From positions 3,072,001-3,136,000 of the forward strand of contig OZ251997.1 of NCBI GenBank assembly GCA_965247095.1: DNA of 64,000 nt, read 5' to 3'. The translations under genes and the position numbers were made by a program. Shown one piece after another: positions 42,090 through 55,036 of this stretch. Position 1 is the stretch's first letter. The number at the start of each line of letters is the position of its first letter. The notes below the pieces were generated by a model, which was not told where the DNA came from, searched no databases, and worked only from the letters and a program-made list of their open reading frames with translations. This stretch comes from Candidatus Multivorans sp. Its GTDB lineage: Bacteria; Acidobacteriota; Thermoanaerobaculia; Multivoradales; Multivoraceae.

Positions 42090-42293
42090 ATGCCGGAATC
42101 CACCGCGGTTGAGAAACCTGATCACAAGATCCCCCTCGATCGCCGTGCCCTCCTTGGGGCCGGCGTCGTGGGTGCCGCAGTGGAGACGATCGTGACGGAT
42201 CGGGGGCGGGTGCAGATCAAGATCTCGGGCAGTTTCTTCGTCGAAGACGGGCAGATCGTCGAGTGGTTTGAGCTGGTTGAGCCGCAGGGCTGA
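42090..42293 (+). pseudogene. Tat signal fused to C-terminal strands of an NTF2/limonene-epoxide-hydrolase-like protein (internal deletion)
   Basis: LDRRALLGAG Tat motif directly joined to ISGSFFVEDGQIVEW, an NTF2/SnoaL-type ending. Confidence 0.5.
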
Positions 42294-42309
42294 GACCCTT
42301 GGGTCCGTG

Positions 42310-44127
42310 ATGCAGATCCGCGCCTGTACCCTCGGGGCGGTTCAAGCGGCGGTCTTCGTGCTCCTGTTTCTCGGTCCGCTATCCGTCCTTCTTGCGGATG
42401 GCGGTGACTGGCCCCAGTGGCGTGGTCCCGACCGGAACGGAGTCGCCCCGGCTGCTGGCAACGAGCAGCTTCAGGCGGCGCTCGAAGGGCCCCTTCCGGC
42501 CGCGTTGCACCAGGTTTGGAAGCTCGAAGTGGGTCTCGGGCAGTCCGCGCCGATCATTCACCGGGGCCGGCTCTACATCCACGCCCGGCAGGGTGAAGAA
42601 GAGGTCGTCCTCGCCCTCTCTCCGGACACGGGAGAGGAGATCTGGCGCTATGCCTACCCGGTCCCCTACAAGGAAGTGACGCACGCGGCGGCGTGGGGTC
42701 CAGGCCCCAAGTCGACACTGGTGGCGGAGGGGGACTCCATCTACAGCTTCGGGGTCACAGAGCGACTGCACGCCCTGGATGCCGAGTTTGGCGATGTCCT
42801 ATGGGACAAGAGCTACGACGACATCTACGAGCAGCCGTATCCGGAGTGCGGCGCCAGCGCCTCGCCCTTGATCGAAGGGGATCTCATCGTCGTGCCGATC
42901 GGCCAGACCTGGCCGGATCCTTCCCTCGTAAGTGTTGGAGCGTTGATCGCCTACAACCGGTACACGGGTGAAGAAGTGTGGCGGACCGAGGAGTTCCCGC
43001 CGAGCTACGCCTCGCCGATGGCGTTCACGATCGGTGGCGTCCGGCAGATCGTGACGCTGACCCAGAACAACGCGATCGGCGTCCGCGCCAGTGACGGCAA
43101 GCTCCTGTGGTCGAAGGAGATGCGCACGTTCATGGAGATGAACATCACGACGCCCGTGCTCTACGAGGACCGGATCCTGATCGGCGGCTACCATTGGGGG
43201 AACACGCTGCTCGGGGTTGAACCCCGGAGCGGATCGACTGATCAGCCTTGGCAGGTGAACAATGTCTGGGCGTCGAAGCGGCACGAGCTTTACATGGACT
43301 CGGCGGTGCTCGTCGACGACTACGTCTACTTTCGTTCCAACAAGAGGCTCGGGACACTCGTTTGCGTCGATGTCCGGACCGGGGAGCAGTGCTGGCGGGG
43401 CCCGCCCCAGGCGGCGCGGTACGCGACCTTCGTCGTGGTGGGAGATCGGCTTCTCGTGCTGACGGACAACGGCGACATCAAGGTGGTCGCGGCCGATCCG
43501 GCGGAGTACCGGGAGCTGGCGTCCTGGGAGGTCGCCGACACTCCCGTGTTTACCCACCTGACGGTCGCCGGGTCGCGGATGTACGTCAAGGACGCGGCGC
43601 ACCTGGTCGCGTTCGAGATCGCTGCCGACCGGGTCACGAAGGCGCCGGACCGCCCGGCCGAGACCGCCGTCGCGGATGCCTGGGCGCCGACGCCGGAGGA
43701 TGAGGCGGCGGCCCTCGAGGTGGCCGCCAACGTGCTCGACACGCAGAAGGAGGCGACGACCTGGGAACAGGTCGAAGAGCACCTGAGCTACTGGGCCGAC
43801 GACTTCAGCGACTACTCCGGCCAGATGAAGGCGGACTGGACGGAGATGTACCGGCGCAGGTTCGAGCAGATCGGCAGGATCGGCTCGCCGCTCGGGGCCG
43901 ACGTCAAGTCGATGTACGTCGAGTGGGCCGGTGAGGTGGCCATCGTGCGGGGCATCTTCATCGACTTTCGGCCCGCTCGGCAGGGCATCATGGAACGCCT
44001 CTTCTACCTGAGGAAGTACGGGGGCACATGGAAGATCACCGCCCTGGACGGCATACCGATCTGGGAGAGGTGGGGATCGAAGGGCGAACTCAAGGCCACC
44101 GAATTCAGTGCCGAGAGTCCGGAGTGA
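42310..44127 (+). CDS. PQQ-like (BamB-type) beta-propeller protein with C-terminal NTF2-like domain
   Basis: DWPQWRGPDRNG start, repeated A.D..TG...W blades; C-terminal LSYWADDF..YLRKYGGTWKI. Confidence 0.82.
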   Translation: MQIRACTLGAVQAAVFVLLFLGPLSVLLADGGDWPQWRGPDRNGVAPAAGNEQLQAALEGPLPAALHQVWKLEVGLGQSAPIIHRGRLYIHARQGEEEVVLALSPDTGEEIWRYAYPVPYKEVTHAAAWGPGPKSTLVAEGDSIYSFGVTERLHALDAEFGDVLWDKSYDDIYEQPYPECGASASPLIEGDLIVVPIGQTWPDPSLVSVGALIAYNRYTGEEVWRTEEFPPSYASPMAFTIGGVRQIVTLTQNNAIGVRASDGKLLWSKEMRTFMEMNITTPVLYEDRILIGGYHWGNTLLGVEPRSGSTDQPWQVNNVWASKRHELYMDSAVLVDDYVYFRSNKRLGTLVCVDVRTGEQCWRGPPQAARYATFVVVGDRLLVLTDNGDIKVVAADPAEYRELASWEVADTPVFTHLTVAGSRMYVKDAAHLVAFEIAADRVTKAPDRPAETAVADAWAPTPEDEAAALEVAANVLDTQKEATTWEQVEEHLSYWADDFSDYSGQMKADWTEMYRRRFEQIGRIGSPLGADVKSMYVEWAGEVAIVRGIFIDFRPARQGIMERLFYLRKYGGTWKITALDGIPIWERWGSKGELKATEFSAESPE

Positions 44128-44452
44128 GGAGCAGCCTGCCGATCTGGTCTGCTACTCGGTGACGCGTTCGAAACGCCGGTCGCCCCGGTAACGGGCGGCA
44201 AGGCGCTCTTCGCTTCAACTGGCCAGGCGATGGCCGGTGTCGATCCGTCGTTTCTTCTCTGCTTCCGTACAAACCGCGGGTTCGGCGGTCCTGCGAGTTT
44301 CACGCGAGAGAGAACCCCACAGGTCCCCGAATCGGAGATAGGATCGAGCGTTTACGCGCTCAGCGTGGCGGATCGGCCCCATGGGACTTAGCTCCAGCCC
44401 CGTTTCTGCGCGCGTTTCGCGCCTTTCACCGAAGCCAACTGGCGACTGTGTC

Positions 44453-47419
44453 GTGAAGCTGTTTCCCCGTCTTGAATTCCACCGCACCGGCATCGGACTG
44501 CTGCCGGATCCGCACGATCCAGAGCCGGGTTCGGCGGTGCATCTGGCCAACGTGGCGGGGTCGAAGCGGCCACTCACGTTCTGCAGTTGTTCGGCCGGGC
44601 GGCGCAGCGGCTGCCGCCATCTGAAGCAGCTCGAAGGCCAGATCCGGGAGTTCCACCGCGCCCTCGGCGGCAGTTGGTTCGACCTGTTTTCACGCAGCGG
44701 CTGGTTCCGGCTCGCTCAGACACTCTTCGAGGACAGCCTTCCTTCCGTTTCGGATTGCAGCGTTCTGCAGGAGCGGCCGGGCGGGCCGATCCGTCTGTTT
44801 TCGCCGGCTGGGGTGGAGGTTCTCTGCTACCTGGAGCAGTCTCCATCGGTGGTTCGCTTCCTCGAGCGGATCGGGAAGCTCTCGTCCGGCGCCTCGGTGG
44901 CGGATCGTTCGGGTCTCCTGGAGCGTCTCTCGACCTTCATGCGTACGCCAGAGGAGCAGCACCTGAACAAGGCCGGAATGCAGACGAACCGGCAGTTCTT
45001 CGAGCGGAGTCTCTGGTGCCGCATCGCCTACCACGCGTTGCGGGAGTATGGCGACATCCCCGGTGGCGCGCCTGACATGGCGGAGCTTGTCAAGGCCCGG
45101 ATCCGGCTCGAGCCCGCGGTCGACCTCCGTAGCGGCAGCGTGTTTCTAAAGGTCAGGGTCGATTCCGATGTCTCGGTTCGCTTTCACATTGCGGTGCCGC
45201 CGAGGCGGGTGGCCGACGTGCTCGCGCTGCTGGCGGATACGGGGCAGGACTCGGTTGCGCCGCTGCCGGCGGCGGACCTCTTCTACGTCGGGCCGGACAC
45301 GAGGATCGAAGAGAAGCGGAAGCTCGACGCCCTGCGCCTCGCCGCGGAGGGCGAGGAGATACTCGACGAACCCGGGCGGAAGCGCTTTCAGTACGGCGAC
45401 CTCGTGTTCCTCGAGGAACTGGGGATTCTCGTGCGGCGGTCGGAGCGGGGCGAGGGAAGGTGGCGCGAACCCAGGTCTCTGGACCTCGAGACCGCGGCCA
45501 TCGGTACGTTTCGCTCGGCGCCACCCACCCTGGAACCTGCGCCGACCCTGGCCGAGAACCCCCTGGCCAGCCTGGGCATTCTGACCGAGTTCGACTACAT
45601 CGAGATCGCGCCCGAGGGCGAAGACGAAGAGGACGACCTGCTGTCGATCCGCTACGGTTTCGGCAGCGGCGACGTGGGGCTGAACGAGCTGCTCGAAGCG
45701 AAACGGGCGGGCCAGCCCTATCTCGAGACGGCCTCCGGCTGGATCGATCTGAACGCGCCGGCGCTGCGCAATTTGGGCTCGCTGCCCGGTCGTGGGGAGC
45801 GTGCCGGGCGGGCCAGCGTCAAGGGCAACGGCGGCGCGGGCCGCGTGCGCCTTTCGTCGGCTGAACTGCTGCGGCTTCAGGCCTCGAGCGCGGCGCCGAT
45901 CCGGGTCGAGGGCGAGGGAAGCCGGACGGATTTCCTGCGCCGATTCCTGGCCTTGAGGCCCGCCGATCCACTGGTCGAGCCGGAGGGGTTGAAGAGCGTC
46001 CTCCGGCCGTACCAGAAGCTGGGCGTGGAGTGGCTCAAGTTCCTGTACGAGAACGGTCTGGCCGGCTTGCTGTGCGACGACATGGGGTTGGGGAAGACCC
46101 ACCAGGCGATGGCCCTGATGGTCCTTCTGCGCGAGCAGTTGGCTGTGGACCTGCCGATTCTGGTCGTCTGCCCGCGCACCGTGATCAGCCACTGGCGGAA
46201 CAAGCTGCGCGAGTACGCTCCGGGTTTGCGGCCGGTCTACTACCACGGACCTCACCGCAATCTGGAGGAATCGCTGGCCCAGGGCGACGTGGTGCTCACC
46301 TCGTACGGTGTGATGCGCAACGATGTCGAGCAGTTCGGCGAGCGACTGTGGGGCCTGATCGTGTTCGACGAAGTTCAGCAGATCAAGAACCGCAGCACGC
46401 AGGGCTATCGGGCCGCGGTGGCGCTTACGGCGCGCATGAAGATCGGGCTGACCGGCACGCCGATCGAGAACTCGCTGACCGAACTGAAGGGACTCTTCGA
46501 TCTCGTGCTGCCCGGCTATCTGGGCGGTGACGACAGCTACGTCGACTTCATAGGGCCGAACGAACTCGATGCCGACTCGTGGTACGCGGTCAACCTGCGG
46601 CGTCTGACCGCGCCCTTCGTCCTGCGCCGGGTGAAGAAGGCGGTTCTGGACGAACTGCCGGAGAAGATCGAGGATGTCCGCACCTGCCGCCTGAGCGAGG
46701 AGCAGTTCGGCATGTACCGGCAGACGATCGAGACGAAGGGCGCGGCGCTGATGAAGACGCTGCGGAGCGAACGGGGCTCGTTGCCCTACATCCACATCTT
46801 CGCCCTGCTGAACATGCTGAAGCAGATCTGCGATCATCCCGCCTTGGCGGTCGGTGACCTCGACCGCTACGAGAACTACGAGTCGGGGAAGTGGGATCTG
46901 TGCAAGGAGCTGCTGGAGGAGAGCTTCGACAGCGGCCAGAAGGTCGTCGTCTTCACCCAGTACCTGGGCATGATCGCGATCCTGGAGCGCCACCTGACGA
47001 AGCTCGGCATCGACTACGTCACCCTGACGGGTTCGACCCGCGAACGCGGCAAGGTCGTGGATCGGTTCAACAACGAAGACGAGTGCCGGGTGTTCCTGGG
47101 CAGCCTGAAGGCCGGGGGTACGGGGATCGACCTGGTTGGCGGTTCGGTCGTGATCCACTACGACCGCTGGTGGAACGCCGCTCGGGAGGATCAGGCGACC
47201 GACCGCCTCTACCGCATCGGCCAGAAGCGTGTCGTGCACGTGTTCAAGCTGATTACGGAGGAGACGCTGGAAGAACGGATCGCGGCGATCATCGACCGCA
47301 AGCGCCGGCTGATGGAGAGCGTGGTGCAGGAGGACGATCCGCGTCTGAACAAGATCTTCTCGCGCGAAGAACTGATCGAGCTGTTGCAGGGACCGGGGCT
47401 GGAAGATGCTTCGCCATGA
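44453..47419 (+). CDS. SWIM zinc-finger SNF2-family helicase/ATPase
   Basis: CSC..GCRH SWIM motif; LRPYQ, DDMGLGKT, DEVQ, TGTPIEN, QATDRLYRIGQ; start uncertain (44381-44453). Confidence 0.9.
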   Translation: MKLFPRLEFHRTGIGLLPDPHDPEPGSAVHLANVAGSKRPLTFCSCSAGRRSGCRHLKQLEGQIREFHRALGGSWFDLFSRSGWFRLAQTLFEDSLPSVSDCSVLQERPGGPIRLFSPAGVEVLCYLEQSPSVVRFLERIGKLSSGASVADRSGLLERLSTFMRTPEEQHLNKAGMQTNRQFFERSLWCRIAYHALREYGDIPGGAPDMAELVKARIRLEPAVDLRSGSVFLKVRVDSDVSVRFHIAVPPRRVADVLALLADTGQDSVAPLPAADLFYVGPDTRIEEKRKLDALRLAAEGEEILDEPGRKRFQYGDLVFLEELGILVRRSERGEGRWREPRSLDLETAAIGTFRSAPPTLEPAPTLAENPLASLGILTEFDYIEIAPEGEDEEDDLLSIRYGFGSGDVGLNELLEAKRAGQPYLETASGWIDLNAPALRNLGSLPGRGERAGRASVKGNGGAGRVRLSSAELLRLQASSAAPIRVEGEGSRTDFLRRFLALRPADPLVEPEGLKSVLRPYQKLGVEWLKFLYENGLAGLLCDDMGLGKTHQAMALMVLLREQLAVDLPILVVCPRTVISHWRNKLREYAPGLRPVYYHGPHRNLEESLAQGDVVLTSYGVMRNDVEQFGERLWGLIVFDEVQQIKNRSTQGYRAAVALTARMKIGLTGTPIENSLTELKGLFDLVLPGYLGGDDSYVDFIGPNELDADSWYAVNLRRLTAPFVLRRVKKAVLDELPEKIEDVRTCRLSEEQFGMYRQTIETKGAALMKTLRSERGSLPYIHIFALLNMLKQICDHPALAVGDLDRYENYESGKWDLCKELLEESFDSGQKVVVFTQYLGMIAILERHLTKLGIDYVTLTGSTRERGKVVDRFNNEDECRVFLGSLKAGGTGIDLVGGSVVIHYDRWWNAAREDQATDRLYRIGQKRVVHVFKLITEETLEERIAAIIDRKRRLMESVVQEDDPRLNKIFSREELIELLQGPGLEDASP

Positions 47420-47448
47420 TGTGAGGATGGCGCATGTGAGGATGGCGC
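47419..47448 (+). repeat. 15-bp perfect tandem duplication ATGTGAGGATGGCGC covering the cimA ribosome-binding site
   Basis: Read directly: 47419-47433 and 47434-47448. Confidence 0.9.
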
Positions 47449-47449
47449 C

Positions 47450-49015
47450 TTGACGACCTTCCGGATCGAGCTCTACGACACGACGCTGCGCGACGGCACG
47501 CAGCGCGAGAACATCTCGCTGTCTCTGGTCGACAAGGTGGCGATCGCCCGGCGCCTCGACGCCTTCGGCATCCCCTACATCGAGTGCGGCTGGCCGGGAT
47601 CGAACCCGAAGGACGCCGATTTCTTCGAGGCGATCCGCGAGGTCGAACTGAAACAGGCGAAGATCTGCGCGTTCGGCAGCACGCGGCGCAAGCACAGCGC
47701 GTGCGCCCACGACGGCAACGTCCAGGCGCTGGTCGCTGCGAAGACGCCCACCGTTACCCTGGTCGGCAAGAGCTGGGATCTGCATATCGAGAAGGTCCTC
47801 GAGACGAACGCCGAAGAGAACGAGGCGATGATCGGCGACACCGTCGGCTACTTGAAGGACCTCGGCCGCGAGGTGATCTACGACGCCGAGCACTTCTTCG
47901 ATGGCCTGGCCGGAAACCCGGAGTGCGCCCTCGGCACGCTGCGCGCGGCTGCTGCGGCGGGCGCCGACTACATCGTGCTCTGTGACACGAACGGCGGCAC
48001 TCTGCCGTGGCAGATCGAAGCGGGTGTCGATGCCGCGCGGGCCGAGCTCGGCCCGGACGTCCGGATCGGCATCCACACCCACGACGACGGCGGCTGCGGC
48101 GTCGCCAACTCGCTGGCGGCGGTGCGGGCCGGCGCGGTCATGGTGCAGGGCACGATCAACGGCTACGGCGAGCGGGTGGCGAACGCGAACCTGGTCACCA
48201 TCGTGCCGGACCTGCAGTGCAAGATGGGGTTCTCCTGCGTTCCCGACGAGAGCCTGCATGAGTTGACCGCGCTGTCGCGCTACGTCGCGGAGGTTGCCAA
48301 CATCACGCATGACGACCACCTGCCGTACGTCGGCCGGAGCGCCTTCGCCCACAAGGGCGGCATCCACGTCGCCGCGATGCTCAAGGAACCGACCAGCTAC
48401 CAGCACCTCGAGCCGGAGGTGGTGGGCAACGAGATGCGTACCGTGGTCTCCGAACTCGCCGGGCGGGGCAACATCGTCCACCTGGCTGAGAGCACCGGCG
48501 TCGGCGCCGATACGCCGTACGCGCGCGAGGTGCTGCACAAGGTCAAGGAACTTGAGAACCGCGGCTACAGCTTCGAGGCAGCCGCAGCCTCCGTCGAACT
48601 CATGCTGCGCCAGGCGGAGCCCGGGTATGAAGCGCCGTTCCGACTGATCGACTTCCTGACCGTCGTCGAACACCGCGATGGCCGCGGCCTGGTTGCCGAG
48701 GCGACGGTCAAGGTCGAGGTGCCGGGCGGCACGATCGCCCATACCGCCTCCGAGGGCAATGGCCCGGTCAACGCCCTGGCTCACGCCCTGCGCAAGGCCC
48801 TGGAGCCGCACTACCCGCAACTGGGCGAGATGCGGCTGGCCGACTACAAGGTCCGCATCCTGGACAGCGCCCACGGTACGGCCGCCATCACCCGGGTGTT
48901 GGTGGACTTCGTGGCCGGCGGCGACCGGTGGACCACGGTCGGCGCGGGGACCAACATCATCGAGGCGAGCTGGGAAGCTCTGTCCGACGCGATCGAGTAC
49001 GGGTTGACGAAGTAA
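47450..49015 (+). CDS. cimA: Citramalate synthase
   Basis: [53 protein letters not shown]. Confidence 0.92.
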   Translation: MTTFRIELYDTTLRDGTQRENISLSLVDKVAIARRLDAFGIPYIECGWPGSNPKDADFFEAIREVELKQAKICAFGSTRRKHSACAHDGNVQALVAAKTPTVTLVGKSWDLHIEKVLETNAEENEAMIGDTVGYLKDLGREVIYDAEHFFDGLAGNPECALGTLRAAAAAGADYIVLCDTNGGTLPWQIEAGVDAARAELGPDVRIGIHTHDDGGCGVANSLAAVRAGAVMVQGTINGYGERVANANLVTIVPDLQCKMGFSCVPDESLHELTALSRYVAEVANITHDDHLPYVGRSAFAHKGGIHVAAMLKEPTSYQHLEPEVVGNEMRTVVSELAGRGNIVHLAESTGVGADTPYAREVLHKVKELENRGYSFEAAAASVELMLRQAEPGYEAPFRLIDFLTVVEHRDGRGLVAEATVKVEVPGGTIAHTASEGNGPVNALAHALRKALEPHYPQLGEMRLADYKVRILDSAHGTAAITRVLVDFVAGGDRWTTVGAGTNIIEASWEALSDAIEYGLTK

Positions 49016-49051
49016 CCGCGCCCGGCTCCGGCCGCGCGACGCGTCGTCCGG

Positions 49052-49535
49052 CTACTCGGGCTTGCGGGCGTGGAGGAAGTACATCGGCGTGAAGATGCCG
49101 AGCCGGCCCGCTTCCGCCATGGCCGCCGCGCAGAGGTTCAGGACGTTCGATACGCGCTCGTTCGACCTGGTACCCGTTGTTGTTCACGCCGAGGATGCTG
49201 GCGCCCGAGAACCGGGCAATCTCGCGTTGGGGCCCGCCCAGGCCGCAACCGAAGTCGGCGGCCAGCATTCCAGGCCTCAGACCCAGCCTGTGGGCCAGGT
49301 AGTGCTCGTGACGCGCGAGCGACGCAGCAAAGCTCTCTTTCGGCGCCCGGGGAGCGAAATGGAAAGATTGTCCCCAGCCGTACTCATAGAAATCGGTGAC
49401 GAGATCGTAGTAGGCCTTGGTGAAACTCGCGTTATCCTTTTTCTTGCGATACAAGTCCTCGTAGTACTGAAACTGGGAGACAACCTGATCGTTGTCAGCA
49501 GTATCCTGGAGGACGTTTGCCAGCTTGACGGCCAT
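49052..49535 (-). pseudogene. Sterol 24-C-methyltransferase (ERG6/SMT-like), frameshifted by internal deletion
   Basis: [20 protein letters not shown] sterol-binding region, [12 protein letters not shown] motif, GVNNNGYQ; C-terminal ..[18 protein letters not shown] in another frame. Confidence 0.9.
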
Positions 49536-49622
49536 CGAATATCTTACGCTAGCGGCGGGTCGTGACGGTGTCAAACCGCGAGGCGCCCCCTTGAGCGCTG
49601 CCCGCCGGCCGCGGGTTTGCCG

Positions 49623-52546
<2,924 letters not shown>

Positions 52547-52550
<4 letters not shown>

Positions 52551-53500
52551 TGCTTGGTGAAGAGCCAGGCTACGTAGGGGCCGTAGGCCGCGAGCAGCAG
52601 GATGCCCCAGGTTCGTCCGATGCTGCGCCCGTGCCTCAGCATGTAGATGGCGAGAAACAGGAGCAGGCTGAAGACGAGCATCACGACGGCGTCCAGGCCT
52701 TCGGCAGCGAGAGTGGTGGTGAAGGGGCGGAGAATCGTGCCGGCGGGCAGCACGAGCAGGATGTTGAACACGTTCGAGCCGATGATGTTCCCCAGCACGA
52801 TGCCGTGGTGCTTGCGGTATGCCGCCACCAGGCAGGCAGCGAGCTCCGGGACACTGGTTCCGAAGGCGACGACGGTCAGGCCGATGACCCGCTCGCTGAC
52901 GCCGACCGCACTGGCCAGATCCTGTGCTGCCGGAACGAGGAGTCGGTCGGCGCCCAAGATCAGCAACGCCAGTCCCAACAGGGTACCCAGGACGGCCTTG
53001 AGTCGATTCACGCCGTGCGACTCTGGCGCGTCGACGTTGCCGGTGCGTACCAGAACGACGAGAAAGAACGCCATCAGTGCGAGCAGCACCGCGCCTTCGA
53101 AGCGCCCAAGGCGTCCGATGGCGGCGAAGATCAGCACGAGGAGTGACGTGGCGAGCAGGAAGGGCAACTCGCGGCGAACCAGGCGCACGGCCTGTCGCTC
53201 GCTGGCGTCGTCGTGGTTGTGGAGCGGAACCGCCAGCGCCGAGAGACCGAGGATGAGGCCGACGTTGGCGATGTTCGATCCGACGACGTTGCCGTAGATC
53301 AACCCGGGCGAATCGCGTAGCGCGGCGAAGACCACCGTCACCAGCTCCGGCGCCGAGGTGCCGAAGGCGACAACGGTCAGACCGATAACGGTCGGACTCA
53401 CCCGCAACACCGCGGCCAGACCGGTCACCGAGCGCACGAGGACCTCGCCGCCGGCCCAGAGCACGGCGATGCCGAGCACGATGAGGAGTACGGAGATCAA
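52547..53500 (-). CDS. Calcium/sodium antiporter (YrbG-like)
   Basis: Two alpha repeats [16 protein letters not shown] and [16 protein letters not shown]. Confidence 0.93.
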
Positions 53501-53522
53501 GAGCGGTCGGCGCCGTGGCGGA

Positions 53523-54974
53523 TCAGGGGAAGATCCCCGCGGTCTTGTAGGAGGCCGCGACCTTGTCGATGGCCAGGGCCATCGCCGCGGTGCGCAGGTC
53601 GACGCCGGGGCCCGCCTTCTTCTGGAACCTGCGCATGTGGTGATAGGCGGTGGCCATGGTCTCTTCGAGGCCGGAGTTCACGAGGTCGATCTCGTCCGCG
53701 CCCCGGGCCAGGATCTTGATCTCGCCGTCGCTGAAGCTGACGCCGGTGGCTGAACTCAACGCGTGCAGCAGATCGCGGCGCACGTCTTCCTCGAAGCGCT
53801 TCTGCATTCGCCCGAAGCGGACGTGGGAGAGGTTCTTGAGCCACTCGAAGTAGGACACGGTGACGCCGCCGGCGTTCAGGTAGACATCCGGAATCACCAG
53901 GATGCCGCGCTTGGCGGCGGCCATGCTCGCAAAGGAGGTCGTCGGTCCGTTCGCCGCTTCGGCCAGGATGCGGCAGGAGATGCGCCCGATGTTCTCCCTG
54001 GTGATCTGGTTCTCGAGCGCCGCCGGGATGAGGATGTCGCAGTCGAGTTCCAGCGCCTTGCGGCTGGGCTCGATGTTGGATGCGCCGGGGAAGTCGAGGA
54101 TCGACCCGGTCTCGCGGCGGTGTTCGACCACGTCGTCGACATCGAGTCCGTCCGTACACGCGATCGCCCCCTCGTACTCGGCGAGACCGACCAGGCGCGC
54201 TCCCGCGTCCTGCAGGTACTTCGCGGCGTGGTAGCCGACGTTGCCCAGCCCCTGGATCACCACGCGTTTGCCCGCGACGCCGGGTTCGAGCCCGAGCTTC
54301 GCCATGTCGTCCTCGAACGAACAGGCTTCGCGGATGCCGAAGAAGACGCCGAGCCCGGTGGCCTGGGTGCGGCCCTGGATGCCGCCGTGCTCGACCGGCT
54401 TGCCGGTGACGCAGGCGGCGACGTTGACCTCGCCGTGCTCGATCTGCGCGTAGGTGTCGGCGATCCAGGCCATTTCCTGCTCGCCGGTGCCGTAGTCCGG
54501 CGCCGGCACGTCCTTGCCGGGGCCGATGAAGGACTTGCGCTGCAGTTCGGCGGTGTAGCGGCGGGTCAGCCGTTCCAACTCGGCCTGGGAGTACTTGTAG
54601 CGGTTGATCCGGACGCCGCCCTTGGCGCCGCCGAAGGGGACGTCGACCAGGGCGCACTTGTAGGTCATCAGCGCCGACAGCGCCATGACCTCGTCTTCGT
54701 TGACGTTCATCGCGTAGCGGATGCCGCCCTTGGTCGGCAAGCGGTGGTGGCTGTGTTCCGCGCGCCAGGCGTCGATGACCTCGATCGACCCGTCGTCCCG
54801 CCGGAGTGGGAAGCTCATGCGGTAGACCGAGTTCACGCACTTCACCTGCTCCAGCAGCGTGGGGTCGTGATCCGTGTGCTTGGCCGCCTCGTCAAAGGAG
54901 GCGTTGACCTGCTCGAAGAAGGTCAGCCGCGGCGCCGCTTTCCGCTCCGTAGACCCGGTTGCCGTTGTCGTCAC
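53523..54974 (-). CDS. gdhA: Glutamate dehydrogenase (Glu/Leu/Phe/Val dehydrogenase family)
   Basis: PTKGGIRY, VPFGGAKGG, DVPAPD, QGLGNVG, EAANGP, NAGGVTVSYFEW. Confidence 0.92.
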   Translation of the reverse strand: MTTTATGSTERKAAPRLTFFEQVNASFDEAAKHTDHDPTLLEQVKCVNSVYRMSFPLRRDDGSIEVIDAWRAEHSHHRLPTKGGIRYAMNVNEDEVMALSALMTYKCALVDVPFGGAKGGVRINRYKYSQAELERLTRRYTAELQRKSFIGPGKDVPAPDYGTGEQEMAWIADTYAQIEHGEVNVAACVTGKPVEHGGIQGRTQATGLGVFFGIREACSFEDDMAKLGLEPGVAGKRVVIQGLGNVGYHAAKYLQDAGARLVGLAEYEGAIACTDGLDVDDVVEHRRETGSILDFPGASNIEPSRKALELDCDILIPAALENQITRENIGRISCRILAEAANGPTTSFASMAAAKRGILVIPDVYLNAGGVTVSYFEWLKNLSHVRFGRMQKRFEEDVRRDLLHALSSATGVSFSDGEIKILARGADEIDLVNSGLEETMATAYHHMRRFQKKAGPGVDLRTAAMALAIDKVAASYKTAGIFP

Positions 54975-55036
54975 TCCAAACTCCTCGTCAACGTTGTGCT
55001 TTCCCTGTAGAGGTCAACAGGGGCTAAGGGGTCAAC

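Noticed and set aside
44160-44400. tmRNA/RNase P-like fragments (GGGGCGACCGG..TTCGA; GCGGGTTCG)
   Set aside because: Ends are on inconsistent strands; no TCCACCA, tag ORF or RNase P core motifs
44453-47419. SNF2 helicase as part of a defence system (e.g. DISARM/Zorya)
   Set aside because: No methylase, nuclease or partner genes adjacent; looks like a stand-alone SWIM-SNF2
45146-48874. 1242-aa minus-strand ORF and many other long antisense ORFs (e.g. 33726-36305, 16997-19291, 58338-60629, 55453-58089)
   Set aside because: Shadow frames of well-supported genes in high-GC DNA; no recognisable motifs
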